A stretch of DNA of 64,000 nt. It comes from the human T2T-CHM13v2.0 reference genome, Homo sapiens. The notes beneath the pieces were generated by a model. That model worked only from the letters and a program-made list of their open reading frames with translations. It ran no database searches and was not told the origin of the DNA. The stretch is taken from NCBI RefSeq assembly GCF_009914755.1, contig NC_060926.1, one strand, 5' to 3'. Of this stretch, positions 1-18,875 are shown piece by piece. Numbering within the stretch: the stretch's first letter is position 1; every line of letters begins with the position of its first letter. A program made the translations under genes and the position numbers.

Positions 1-1194
<1,194 letters not shown>

Positions 1195-1199
1195 GTCTC

Positions 1200-5560
<4,361 letters not shown>

Positions 5561-5656
5561 CATGATTAGAAATCCAGAGTTGATGGACTTTCACTGCCTT
5601 TCTATTGTTACTGATCTAGGCAAGATTTCCACCTTTTCTTTAATGAATTTGATCAG

Positions 5657-5960
5657 TTTTTTTTTTTTTTTTTTTTTTTTTGAGACTGGGCCTTGCTCTG
5701 TCACTAAGTCTGGAGTGCAGGGGCACAATCATAGTTCACTGCAGCCTGAAACTCCTGAGCTGAAGTGATCCGCTCATCTCAGTCTCCAAAGTAGCTGGGA
5801 CTACAGGTGTCTGCCACCATGCCTGGCTTATTTTTTAAAATTTTTTGTAGAGCCAAGGAGTTAAAGACTAGCCTGGGCGACATAGCAACCATTCAAGTAA
5901 TCCTCCCACCTTAGCCTACCAAAGTTCTGGAATTACAGGCATGAGCTACTGGACCCAAAC
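5657..5960 (-). mobile_element. AluJ with an internal 40-bp inversion
   Basis: Poly-T followed by antisense AluJ; 5853-5892 reads in the opposite orientation. Confidence 0.92.
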
Positions 5961-6755
5961 TATGTATGTTTACTTTATTTGATCTCTGCTCTTAATATTA
6001 TTTTCTTTCTTCTCCTTACTTTGAGTTTAATTGCTCTCTTTTTCTGCTTTCTCAGGGTGGAAGCTTAGATTACTGATTTGAGACTTTTCCTTTTTTCTCA
6101 TGTAAGAATTTAGTGCTATAAATTTTTCTCTCATCACTACTCCATCTGTGTCTCACAAATTTTAATATGCTATGGTTTTCATTTCATTTATTTTACTGTA
6201 TTGTTAACACTCCTTGAGACTTTCTATTTGATTCATGAATAATTTTAAATTGTATTGTTTAGTTTCGTTTCCAAGCAGTGTGGTGATTTGACCATTATAA
6301 TTCTGTTATTAGATTGTCATTTAATTGCATGATTTTCAGAGAATACACTTTATTTGATCTCAATTATTTTTAATACTTTTATGTTTGTTTTATGATCCAG
6401 GATACAGTCTATCTTAGTATGTGTTCCACAACTACTAGAAAAGAAAGTATATTCTGTTGCTTTTCAAAAATGATCTATAAATAGAAGCTATTGAGATTTC
6501 CCATAGCCTTGCTCATTTCCTGTCTAGTTGTACTATCAATAGTGGAAAGAGGGATGTTGAATTGTAATCTAATTGTAATTATGAGTTGTCTACTTTTCCT
6601 TTCAGTTCTATAAGTTTCTGCTTCACGTATGTTCAGCTCTGTTGTATGGTGCATACATATTTAGGATTGTTATATCTTTCTTCTCTTCTCATTGCATTGA
6701 TCCATTAATCATTCTGTAATGTTCCTCTGTGACCCTAATAACTTTCTTTGCTTTG

Positions 6756-7116
6756 TGATATGGTTTGGCCCTGTGTGGAACTGTAATCCTCATTATTGGG
6801 GAAGGGACCTGTAGGAGGTGATTGGATCATGGAGGTGGATTTGCCCCTTGTTGTTCTCATGATAGTGAGTGAGTTCTCATAAGATACGGTTATTTAAAAG
6901 TGTGTACTACTTCCCTCTTTGCTCTCTTTCTCATGCTCCCACATATAAGACGTGCCTGCTTCTCCTTCACCTTCCACCATGATTTTAAGTTTCCTCCCCA
7001 GCCATGCTTCCTATACAGCCTGTGGAACCATGAGCCAATTAAACTTCTTTTCTTTTCTTTATAAATTACCCAGTCTCAGATAGTTCTTTATAACAATGTG
7101 AGAATGAACTAATACA
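6756..7116 (+). mobile_element. MaLR solo LTR (MSTA-like)
   Basis: Starts tgatatggtttgg, ends ctaataca; ataaattacccagtctcag motif; 5-bp TSD ctttg at 6751-6755 and 7117-7121. Confidence 0.93.
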
Positions 7117-7425
7117 CTTTGAAATCTATTTTACATGAAATCAATATAGACACCCCTGCTTTCTTTTTATTAATGCTTGCATAGTATACCTTTTTTCTAT
7201 ACTCTTGCCTTAAATCTGCCTATATCATTATATTTGAAGCAAGTTTCTTATGTACAACATATTAATAGCTTGTTATTTTTGTCCATGCTGCTAACCTCTA
7301 TCTTTTAGTTAGTATATTTAGTCCTTTCTTAGTTAATGTAATTATTGGTATTTCAGGGCTTAATTCTTTCTCTGTTTATTTTCTGTTTGCTTTCTGGGTT
7401 TTGGTTTCTTTGTCCTGTTTTTTTG

Positions 7426-7507
7426 TGGATTCAGTGTACATTTTATGATTCCATTTTGATTTATATGGATTCAGTGTACATTTTATGATTCCATTTTGAT
7501 TTATATG
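7426..7507. repeat. Perfect 40-bp tandem duplication
   Basis: tggattcagtgtacattttatgattccattttgatttata occurs twice, head to tail. Confidence 0.97.
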
Positions 7508-8391
7508 CAGTGGTTTTGAGTTTATATCTATACATAGTTTTAGTGAAGGTTCCAGATATTATATAATATATAAGCAACTTATCAGAGTCCACTGCTATCA
7601 TTATTTTACCAGTTTGAGCAAACCATAGAAATATTATCTCTCTTTACACCCATTTATCCTTCCATATTCATTATATAACTACCTTACAAGTTTTGTCTAC
7701 ATACAGTGAGAAACACATTAGACAAACACAATTTAGAAAACTAAAAAGAAGCCATTTCCATATTATTTACCTATATATTTGTTCTCTTTTTTGTTTTCTT
7801 TCTAATGTTGAAAAAGTCCTTCTGTTATCTTTTTTTAAAAAATGTCTTTAATTAAGAGAACTTTATTTTGCCACTCTCTTAAGGTAGTTCTGCTGGTGGC
7901 TAATTCTCTTAGCATTCTTTTAGCTGAGAATATCTTAATTTTCCCTTTGTTTTCGGATTCAGATTGATTTCAAAGGGTAAGATCAGCAGGAATAACAGAG
8001 TAATGATGTCCAATAATTTACTCCTTTATACAAGCAATGAAAACACTGACCAAAAAAAAGCGAAATAAATATTTTCAGTACTCTGAAAATTAACCAAACT
8101 CAAGAAGTATTTATTCAGTAAAAGTATTGTGGTAAGATTGTGGTAATAACAGGAAACTGCGGCACTTCAACTGTCCATTTTTCTATTGTTTTCTCTCTCT
8201 AGATCTATAGAACCTTTGAAAACAAAAGTCCTCACAATCAATGTAGGCATCAAAACCAGCAGCTTCATAGCCATTGGGAGGGGCAGACAAATTTTGGGTT
8301 TGGACTTCCTCAAAAGTCCTATAGCCACAGAATTGTCATTATCTGACTTATTTGGAAGTTCCCTGGAAACCCCAACTTGCATGGCTTTTCC

Positions 8392-8420
8392 TTATTATTA
8401 TTATTATTATTATTATTATT
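8392..8420. repeat. (TTA)n microsatellite
   Basis: About 9 TTA units. Confidence 0.95.
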
Positions 8421-8570
8421 TTTATACTGAGAGTTCATACTCTAAAAACAGCTTTTTCTCCAAGGTATTTGTTGGAAACAATTAGTGGTAACTGTTTAAC
8501 ATTGCAACTGCTTGAGGTGGGAAAACAGCCGGGATAAACAAGAAGCTGAACAGAAAAATAACTACAAGGG

Positions 8571-8793
<223 letters not shown>

Positions 8794-9290
8794 AGAAAAA
8801 TAACTACAAGGGTAAAAAACTAGGAAAAGAGTTGTTCATAGGAGACTTTTTAAAGTTTTGAAATATTCCTGGGAATCTAGAATGCCACATACATGTGGCT
8901 AGGAAATGCCCAGGAAATACTTGAGAAGGCTCTGCTCTTTCAACTTCAGCCAACTTTGAGGATCTCCCCAAGCAGGAATAAAAAAGAAGGCAGAGTTGCA
9001 AACTCCTTGCAAAGCATTGAAGGCATACCACAACACACACAAAACTGCCTTTGAGAAGGCAGGGAAAATTATTAGTTCAATGCATTTAAGAAAATCTTAG
9101 TTTAATCATCAGCTGGCCAATAAGCTTAAATGTCCACACAGGACAAGGAAAAGAGATATCACAGAAGAAGTCATGGAAAGTAATTAAACAAATAGCCACA
9201 AAAATAACAAACAGCAACAGCAACAACCCTGGGAAAAGTGTAAGGAAATCTGATTTCCAAAGTTGCCACATTATTTAACTACAATATTTA

Positions 9291-9391
9291 GTGCTTGTTT
9301 TGGCAGCACATATACTAAAATCAGAATGATACAGAGAAGATTAGCATGGCCCCCACACAAAGATGACATATAAATTTGATTTTATAATTTT
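9291..9391 (+). pseudogene. RNU6: U6 snRNA retropseudogene, 5' part of a U6-L1 chimera (pseudogene number unknown)
   Basis: 9291-9376 aligns without gaps to U6 nt 1-86 at about 85% identity, including acagagaagattagcatggcccc; degenerate ...atttt end; no obvious upstream PSE/TATA. Confidence 0.95.
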
Positions 9392-9525
9392 ATGTGCTAA
9401 TTTGATTGTGTTAATCATTACACAATGTATGCATATATCAAATCATCACTTTGTGCACACTGAATATCTGCAGTCTTTATTTTTAAATTAAATATTTAAA
9501 AATAAAGAAATAAAATAAATATATA
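9392..9525 (+). mobile_element. Old L1 (L1MA9/MB-like) extreme 3' end fused to U6
   Basis: ttgattgtgttaatcattacacaatgtatgcatatatcaaatcatcac resembles the L1MA/MB 3' terminus, followed by an A-rich tail. Confidence 0.8.
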
Positions 9526-9730
9526 TAAAATATTGAAAATTGTGAGAGATGCAAAATTATGAGAAAGTATGGCCCATACACAGTAAAAATGCCAGTCAAT
9601 AGAAACTGGCCTGTGAAACCCAGAAGTTGTCCTTACTGGAAAGACTTTAAACAGAGTTTAAATCAGCTATTTAAAATATGTTCAAAGAGTTGAAGAAAAC
9701 CATGTCTAAATAACTAAAGGAAAATACAAG

Positions 9731-10630
9731 ATCTACAATGAACTCAAACAAATTTACAAGAAAAAAACAAACAACCCCATCAAAAAGTGGGCAAAGGACA
9801 TGAACAGACACTTCTCAAAAGAAGACATTTATGCAGCCAAAAAACACATGAAAAAATGCTCACCATCACTGGCCATCAGAGAAATGCAAATCAAAACCAC
9901 AATGAAATACCATCTCACACCAGTTAGAATGGCGATCATTAAAAAGTCAGGAAACAACAGGTGCTGGAGAGGATGTGGAGAAATAGGAACACTTTTACAC
10001 TGTTGGTGGGACTGTAAACTAGTTCAACCATTGTGGAAGTCAGTGTGGCCATTCCTCAGGGATCCAGAACTAGAAATACCATTTGACCCAGCCATCCCAT
10101 TACTGGGTATATACCCAAAGGACTACAAATCATGCTGCTATAAAGACACATGCACACGTATGTTTATTGCTGCACTATTCACAATAGCAAAGACTTGGAA
10201 CCAACCCAAATGTCCAACAATGATAGACTGGATTAAGAAAATGTGGCACATATACACCATGGAATACTATGCAGCCATAAAAGATGATAAGTTCATGTCC
10301 TTTGTAGGGACATGGATGAAACTGGAAATCATCATTCTCAGTAAACTATCCCAAGAACAAAAAACCAAACACCGCATATTCTCACTCATAGGTGGGAATT
10401 GAACAATGAGAACACATGGACACAGGAAGGGGAACATCACACTCTGGGGACTGTTGTGGGGTGGGGGGAGTGGGGAGGGATAGCATTAGGAGATCTAACT
10501 AATGCTAGATGACGAGTTAATAGGTGCAGCACATCAGCATGGCACATGTATACATATGTAACTAACCTGCACACTGTGCACATGTACCCTAAAACTTAAA
10601 GTATAATAATAAAATAAAAATAAAAGAAAA
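9731..10630 (+). mobile_element. Young L1PA (about PA2/PA3), 5'-truncated
   Basis: ORF 9800-10402 is the ORF2 C-terminus; 3'UTR has catcacactctgggg, gctagatgacgag and gtaactaacc; A-rich tail. Confidence 0.96.
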
Positions 10631-10999
10631 TCTATTTCCATTTAAATGGAAATTGAAAGACAGGGATAGAGGAAAAATATTCCTATAATTTCACAACATG
10701 ATATATTATATCAGGTATCATGATTTGTAACCTTTGAAATCTTTTGTAACAAGTGTAAAAATTACAATTGTCAAAAATAAAGACCTTTATAACCTAAAAA
10801 AAACAAGAAGTATGACTAGAGAATATAAATCAAAAACTAAAAATTATAAAAAAGGAACCAAAAGATAAATTATCAGTTTAATTATCAATAGATCAATATT
10901 TATAATATATAAATAAAAGCTACTTTGGGCGAATGTGACCATAGATAAATATTAATAATTTATCAATAGATAAATTATTGAGCTGAAAACTACAATAAC

Positions 11000-11855
11000 T
11001 CTCCTGTTTATATAAAAGATAAAAAGCTCAGAGCTAGGCAATCCAGGACTGGTTTATTCCTGCATGATTTCATCTGTCATCACCTGGGACCCCTGGAAAG
11101 AGAAGTCTGAAACAAAGGCTAACATGTAGGATGTTTATTTGTGAGCAGGAAGGGCAGATGGAGGGAGTGTATGTGCAGAGAAGGGAATGACAACACTGGA
11201 CAACGTTGCTTTATTTATATGAAATCACTATGGATCACCTGTTGGAATGTTCCATGGGATGCCAGATAAGCCTTTTGAAATATATATCAGGGCTCTTTGA
11301 CAGAGAGAAAGAAAAAGGAAAGCATGGATCTATTGGCTATGTCAGCCATTGAAAAGGGTATTTTTTATTCCCAACATGTGTTAACTCTTTTCATACACTA
11401 CTACTAACACTTATGGGTTGCAATTCCTTGAGAGCTGAATAAGTTCCTATTAGTTTCCTATATGAAGGTAAAATGATTAGAGATTCTGTAGATCAGGAAG
11501 GGAGAGGTGCATGGCAGGCAGGCTTCACCAGGTTGTTTTGTTGTACCTGAGCAAAATTAGTTATCTAGCAATGGCTGGAATAATAGAAGAATGCATGGAG
11601 GTGTTTAACAGAACACTGATGTCGTAGATTCCTTCCATCTTTTTCTCTTCCACGCTTACTGTGTAGCTTCCATTGTCTAGATCTCCTTGGAGTCAGAAGG
11701 TCCAGCATGTTGCAAAAACCGTAGGCTAATAAAAGCAAGAAGGGGAAAGGGAGGCTGGGTGATGCAGTTTTCCAGCTTGGCACATCCAGTAATGCAGAGC
11801 TTGTGTTTGTAAGAGGAGGAAAAGGAGGAGAATGGAAATTGGCAATCTCTATCAC
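11000..11855 (-). mobile_element. Old MaLR LTR (MLT1J/K-like), apparently interrupted by an ERVL-type LTR at about 11075-11615
   Basis: Degenerate motifs gggaggctgggtgatgcagttttt and aagtctgaaacaaagg...tgtttatttgtgag. Confidence 0.45.
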
Positions 11856-13675
11856 AACTCTTAGGGAAATTTTGAAATAGGGACAGGAAATCTTTGTCCT
11901 TTTAGCCTTCATTTTAAAACTTCTTTTATCTATGGTCGTATTCTCCCAAAGTAACTTTATTTCTTACCCTCACCTCTTACAAATCCAAAATGGTCAGAAC
12001 TTACCTCAAGATTGTTGACCTGCCTGGCTTCCCCTTCAAACTTATCCAAGTGGCATTCATTTTAATAACAAGTTAAACTCATTACGTGAATTGCACAATT
12101 CTATTAGAATATTGTGATCCCACGTAAATGCTATTAGTTCCACAAATGAGCTACTCTATGTGAAACTGCTTAGAAAACTATAAAGCGCTTTACAAATGGA
12201 AGAAAAATTATAATGTCCAAGAGAGAAAAACATTATACTAAACTGGACTCATAAAATGCGAAAGTACCCACTGATGCAGTTCCAATTCGCAACTTCACCC
12301 CTTTTTGTGTGAAAAGGTAAAGGAAAGCAAAGTGTGTTCTTTGTAAATCCCATTTCTATGACTAATGTTCTTCTACAGCTAACGTGTAATTTTCTTTCTC
12401 TGATTTGTTTTCTCATCTTACCCGACATATTTTCCATCCCTTCTGTCTTCTTAGAAGTGCCACTTTGTTGAGGGGGGAGGTTAGGTTTTGCAAGAAGTTT
12501 TAAAATATGCTGTTAATGAATGAATGGACAACTAATTACTTGCTAAATGCATTAACACAAATCTGGGTCTGAAATTGCTTTGGAATTAATTTGGGACATA
12601 TGTGCACATCCTTGCTTATATTTGTGGGGGCATGGTACATGGATTTGCATTTGTATATGAGAAAGTCTTTTCCTTTTTTACACAAACCTGGCTACAAGGA
12701 AGAAAACTCATTATCAGGTTTATCTTACTTTTCAAACTCTATTACTAAAAAAAGATAAATTCCTAAATTATGCTCCTCATACATTGATTTCATTCTCTTT
12801 CAACTTGTTCTCTCTCTGCTGCCCACACACATACATACACACCCCAAATGCAGTCTGTGTACAAAGGTAGGAGGATTATAAATAAACTGCACACCAAGTG
12901 AAGCAACGCTGCTTCTATTCAACGGATCACAATAGTGATTATTACCTAGATCTAGTTGATTTCTAAAAAAAACAACAACAACAACAAAAACCTTTTATTT
13001 CTGTTTTCCCAAATTTCATTCCTTCCTATTAAATACTGAGGACTGCCAGTTATCATATTCTTATTATAGAGACAGAATTTTCACTTTAGTTCAAACATGA
13101 GCTCTGGTATAAATTGCTTTTTAATAGCAATGATGATTTTAAGTGTCTACCTATAGATATTTTGAATATGCAGCTATTTCCTCTGATGGAAATTAGCCAG
13201 CAACAGGGTTTCATTAGCATTCACATTTGCAGATAAGTATTATATTTTCCTAGACATTTTTTAAAACTTAGCTCTTGGATGATGGCACTGCCAAAAATAT
13301 ACGGCCAATTTATACATCAGACAGGATCAGAGACAGATTATTCCTTAACTTGGCACAGAAGCACTTGCTTCTCTGAAAACTAGGGCTTCCCTCTTTGGGG
13401 AGACACTTCCTAGAATATAAAATCAGTCTTACTGTTAGGCAAAACTTCCAACTCATTCTAGGAAAATGTCTTGCCTGTTTGCTACATCTGGTCTTCAGTA
13501 GCCGTATCAGTCATAATCACATGATCTTAAGCCCCTCAACCCTTGCATCTCAAATATATGTGTTTCAAGTGGGTTTGTCTTCCCTGATTCATACTTATCT
13601 TCTATAATTTAGGGGAAAAACTCAAACACCGTTCCACAGCTTGTCCATTTCCTTACTGAAACCTAGACTAGTCCA

Positions 13676-14032
13676 TGTTATGGTCTGAATTGTGTCCCTT
13701 GGAAGACTGATATCTGGAAGCCCTAAGCCTCAATGTGACTATATTTGGAGATAGGACATTTAAAGAGGTAAGTAAGGCTAATTGATGTCTTGAGGGTGAG
13801 ACCCTAGTCCAACATGACTGATGTTTTTATAAGAAGAGGGAGAAACACCAAGGAGGAACATGCACACAGAATTAGCCATCTGCAAGCCAAGGAGAGAGAC
13901 CTCAGGAGACCCCTGCCAGCTCCTTGATCTTGGACTTGTAGCCTCTCGAAGTATGAGAGGGCAAATTTCTGTTGTTTAAACTACCTGTTCTGTGGTATTT
14001 TATTACCACAGAAGCCCTAGCTGACTAATAAG
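13676..14032 (+). mobile_element. MaLR solo LTR (MLT1B-like)
   Basis: tgttatggtctgaattgtgtccc...gccatctgcaagccaaggagagag...ctaata; TSD gtcca on both sides. Confidence 0.92.
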
Positions 14033-14149
14033 GTCCATTTTACAATTTTGTAATCAGATTAGAGGGTGTAAAAACCCCATCGAGATCTCGGCTGCCATTA
14101 GGAATGTAGGGACACTGCTATTAAATGATTCCCTCAATCATCCTTTCTG

Positions 14150-14685
14150 TTATAATTCTTAATGTGTGTGTCCAACATCTCTTCTCCACTTTCCTGGTAG
14201 CAGCTATCAGCTATCTGGCCTTGGGGGTAACACTGAATCCAGAAAAAGCTAATTGCCTCACACTTTACCGTAGCTGGTGATCATTCTGGGAATAAGCCTA
14301 GGACCCACACTGAACCATTCACAGCCCTTTCATATTTTTCCTAAACTGAACTAAAAACCACAACAACAACAAAAGGAACTATTTCAGATATGGTTATGAG
14401 GTTGGAAAGATGTGAGCCTGCAGTTGGAGAAACCCTCTTTGTGGGAGGAAGGAATGAAGCTACCAGCAGAAAGAGGCACACGTAAGAAACAGGAGAAAAG
14501 GAGGCAAAAGAGAGATAGAGAGAGAAAGAGAGGTGTCAACACAGAGGTCTCAGCATCCAGGCATCCTGACTGTATCCTCTCCTTCTATTCTTTATTATTT
14601 ATTTATGTATTTATTATTCATCCACTCTCCTTTTCTGCCTAAGTTACATTGTTTCTGTTACATTGGAATTCAGAGAGTCTTTCTA
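14150..14685 (+). mobile_element. Old MaLR LTR (MLT1K/L-like)
   Basis: Degenerate MLT1 motifs (ccaacatctcttctccacttt; aatgaagctaccagcagaaagag; cctaagttacattgtttctgttac). Confidence 0.45.
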
Positions 14686-15949
14686 GTTCATGATTATAAA
14701 GAATATGAAAATTATTCTTCCTCAGCTTTTTTTTCATTGATGATCTGCCTTCTGACCTCCAACTCCTCTCCCCTTCCTAATTCACCACCCTTTTGGGGTC
14801 TCACCAGGAATAAAATGCGGAAAATCAGAAAGAATAAAGTCAGTGAAAAAGCAGGGAATCAAATGAATTTCTCCTTACAGTTTACAGCTCTGAAGTAATT
14901 TAAGTAAGTCCATTCAGAAGTGAGAAATTAAAATTAAAAATCAAAGAACTAGGGCATCTTGCCCACCCAGCCAATTCATATTTCCTGAGCTCAAGCTTGA
15001 TAGAGAATGCCTCAGGGCGTCCCTCCACAGCACTTCAACCTAAGAGATTTATTCATATTCTTTTTTAGCTGCTTTTTAGCATCCTCACTTTATTCATGTA
15101 GTTTCCAGTATCCACACAGCTGCTGAGGGTTGCACAGGCCTCCACAGAGGCACCCTGCTTGTCTCAGGAAACTCACTTTCCACCAAATCCTTATTTCTAT
15201 CCTTCCTCTTCACCCCCTTGCACCACAAAGTCTTGAAATCTTATCTTTTTGTATTGCTCCTTCAATTAAAACATATCAGTTTTGTAGCCTATTCCTCTAG
15301 GAGTCTGCTCAGTGACCAGCTAGTTCTAATTTGGTCAAGTGTAGCTGAGATGTCACTAGTTGATAATGGATTAATATTTTACTCTCCCAGAGAACATTTA
15401 CATTTTTACAGTGGCCTTAAGCTAAAGGAGTTAGTTACATGAGGATTTCTGGCAGTAGGAGTATAACAGATATTTGGGGACTAGGAATGTTTTAGCACCC
15501 CTCAATTCACATGTGCAAGCTGGTGGGCCTGCCCATCTGGTTGGGCCTGTCCTCTGGGATAACTCCATGCCCACCACCAAAGAGCGTTCCTGTCTGCAGA
15601 AACTATTTGCCTTCTTCTACTCTGAGTGACCTTCCCTTTTCTCCCTCTGGCTGACACCACTGTTCACTTCTTCTTGCTCTATTATTGCCTTTATCAGTAT
15701 CTATAATTTTATTAACTCAGTAAATTTAGGTGCTCTTAAAGAGCACATCAAAAGTTCAAGCCATGCCACACATCCCTAGAAACAGTTCTGAAACAGAAAT
15801 GATAAATCCAAAGTTATTTCAGGGAAGGACTAGCAAATGTCATCAGCGTGGTCCTGGTCATTTTATTGGCTTTAATTGAATAGGTCCCTCAGAATCCATG
15901 GTTTTATTGGGACCAAAGACAATATAGGGATGTAAATGGCAGGAATGGG

Positions 15950-16415
15950 ATTCACAAGGAAGGCACCATGGGCAATCATGTTAAAAATGCTGGTGCTGCA
16001 ATTTAAGAAGGGCATTGAGAAAAAAAATGGTGTTTTTAAGAGAAACTGGAAAAGGTAAGAAAACTCTGCCCCACAAACATCAGAAGAACTGCAGTGAAGC
16101 AAGAGGATGGGGATATTAAAGCTGTTCTCAAGTTTTGGAGGCACATTATCTAGGAGCAAGAGTGGAGTGATTCTGGATTGCTTCGCAAGACAAAGGTGCA
16201 ATCAATGGGCATATATTAGAAACAGGCAGATTGTATCTCATTTTAAGGGAAATTTTCTAACAAGCAGTTGTCTTGCAGTGGAATGAGCTGCCTTCCAAAG
16301 TCATTACTGATAATATTTAAAAAGGATCTAAAGGGTCATTCACCAGGGCCTTGTAGAACAGCTTCCTGCACTTATAGACTAGACAATCTCTGAGGCTCTT
16401 TAAATACTATGATGC
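15950..16415 (+). mobile_element. L3/CR1 LINE 3' end
   Basis: aatttaagaagggcattga, aggcagatt...aattttctaaca, gtggaatgagctgcct and terminal gactagacaatctctgagg. Confidence 0.7.
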
Positions 16416-17619
16416 TGCCTTTCTGTAAAACCCTCAACACTAGATTAGCTGGCTGACCCACCCGAGTGACATCAGGATTTTGTGTGAGCCTTGGGAACAA
16501 GGACAGGAGGCAAGTAACAGCAAAAATGAGTCAGAGGAAGCAACACTTCCAATCTGTCACCTGTTGGCAGTTGTAGTCTTTTGACTGTCTTTAGCCTGTT
16601 GGCTACTCACCTCCCCATCTATTCTCTAAATGAAGTACTCCAGCAATTGAGCTTGATTCAACAAGCATGGACGCTGTGCTGCTATAAATCATCGGTCCCT
16701 TCCTCCCTGAGCCCTTCAGTGGTAGGAGTAATTGGTTAATTGCCAGAGTTGTTAACAAGAATTAAGAATTCAGGGGAATTGGCTAAGAATGCAGATCTGT
16801 TGCAATATGCTTAGAACAAATGTGTTTGAAATATGCACACCTAAGTCAAAACAAATAGGTCTTGAGTCCTTTTTAACAATGTTTGAGACTGGCTAGGTCA
16901 GTGTTCCCTTTTTTTAACGGTGTCCCATGGTTTTTGTTTGTTTGTTTTTTTTTTTTTAAAGGAACGTAGTTTCTTTCACTGAATCTTCCAGTTGCCAAGT
17001 CCTAAGAAACTTTGCATTCTCTCCCTCTGCTCTCAATACTCACCGAGGCATCTCTCCATGCATAACCCTCTCTGCACATCCCACTTTTCTTTTGAAACAA
17101 TCATCCCTTCTCACATGTTTTGATTTGTTCTGTCAAGTGAATGGATGAAAAATTTTCATAAAGGATGAGACAAATCCTAACACACCGCTGTCCATAACAG
17201 TATAAGCCCACAGATTTGTGCCCACAGGGATACAAGTTTGCAGATATTATAGCAGTTCCATTCTGGGTGGGACTCCTGGGCATTGCTGAGTTCCCTGCAG
17301 GTAATCAGATGTTTTCAGCAACAGTAAATCAGACACTGTCCATCCTTATGTTTTTTCAAAATATTCCCTTCGTTTTATTTTCCTTGATAACCTTATAAAA
17401 CATGGAGAACAGCTACTATAATGACCTCTGTTTCCAAGATGAGTCAGTTGAGACAGAGCGGTTGTTATAAAGCCATGACTTAATCCTTAGATTTTCTATT
17501 TCCCATATCCTATCTTTATTCTTTCGATATCTTACTTTCACGAACAGTTTAACTTCTCTGCTTTAAAAGTCTGAAGTACCTATTGTTTCGTAATCTTGAA
17601 GTTTCTTCAGAATTGCTCA

Positions 17620-17997
<378 letters not shown>

Positions 17998-18508
17998 TCA
18001 AAGTTAGGGGGCATATATTTGAGTCATCATTAAACCAAGGCCTGATATGTCCATAGAAGATCTTTGAAGAGAATTAGATGAAAGTAAAATAATGTATCCT
18101 AAAAGCTTTTGAAATGCCAGTGAGTTGAAACATATACAGAGGTCCTACCCATGAAAACTGAGGTGTCATGGCCTACCCAAGTAGCAGACCAGGAACAGAA
18201 AATACAGCCAAGAGACTGACAATCATTACATAGCATAATTACCCCACAGTGTTCTCATAAGTTGCCATATACATCTCTTGTATTGTACAACATGAAGGAG
18301 CTAAAACCCTGGCAGAATAAACTGATTAATAAGAGAATTTCAAGTAAAGATGACTTAGTGTTTCTCAGCTGCTGAAGATCATTACTACTTCATACACTAA
18401 AGTTGAGGCAATCCTATGTCCAGAATTCCAAGATTGTCTAGGTTTCATGAGATTTTTTAAAGGTATCTGTTAAATATCAAGCCAATTATGAAACATTTTG
18501 TAACCATG

Positions 18509-18875
18509 TGTCTTAGACTCCTCAGGCCGCTGTGACAAAATACCATAGATTAGGTGCCTTAAACAACAGAAATGTATGTCTCACAATTCTGGAGGCTGGT
18601 AAGATGGAGCTCAGGGTGCCAACATATTTGGGTTCCCATGAGGGCCTCTTGCCAGTTTGGAGATGGCCAGCTTCTTGCTCTGTCTTTACTTAGTGGAAAA
18701 AGAGAGACAGGCAAGCTTGTGTCTCTTCTTAATAAGGTCATGAATCTCATTTATGAGGGCTCCACCCTAAAGATCTAATTACCTCCCAAAGGCCCAATCT
18801 CCAAATATCATCACATGGAGGATTAGGGTTTCAATATGGGAACTTTGGGAGAACACAAATATTCAATCCATAGTA
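18509..18875 (-). mobile_element. MaLR solo LTR (MLT1A-like)
   Basis: tgtcttag...aaacaacagaaat...ctcacaattctggaggctgg...attcaatccatagta; degenerate TSD ccatg/ctgtg. Confidence 0.92.

Larger units (their letters stand above)
5961..7960 (-). mobile_element. Old L1M (endonuclease/ORF1 region)
   Basis: Antisense L1 ORF2 N-terminal motifs (ttagtgctataaatttttctct, ggtgcatacatatttaggattgt); interrupted by an MST LTR. Confidence 0.75.

Noticed and set aside
9291-9391. Functional U6 snRNA gene
   Set aside because: About 15% diverged, with a damaged 3' end, embedded in L1 sequence and no evident upstream Pol III type-3 promoter.
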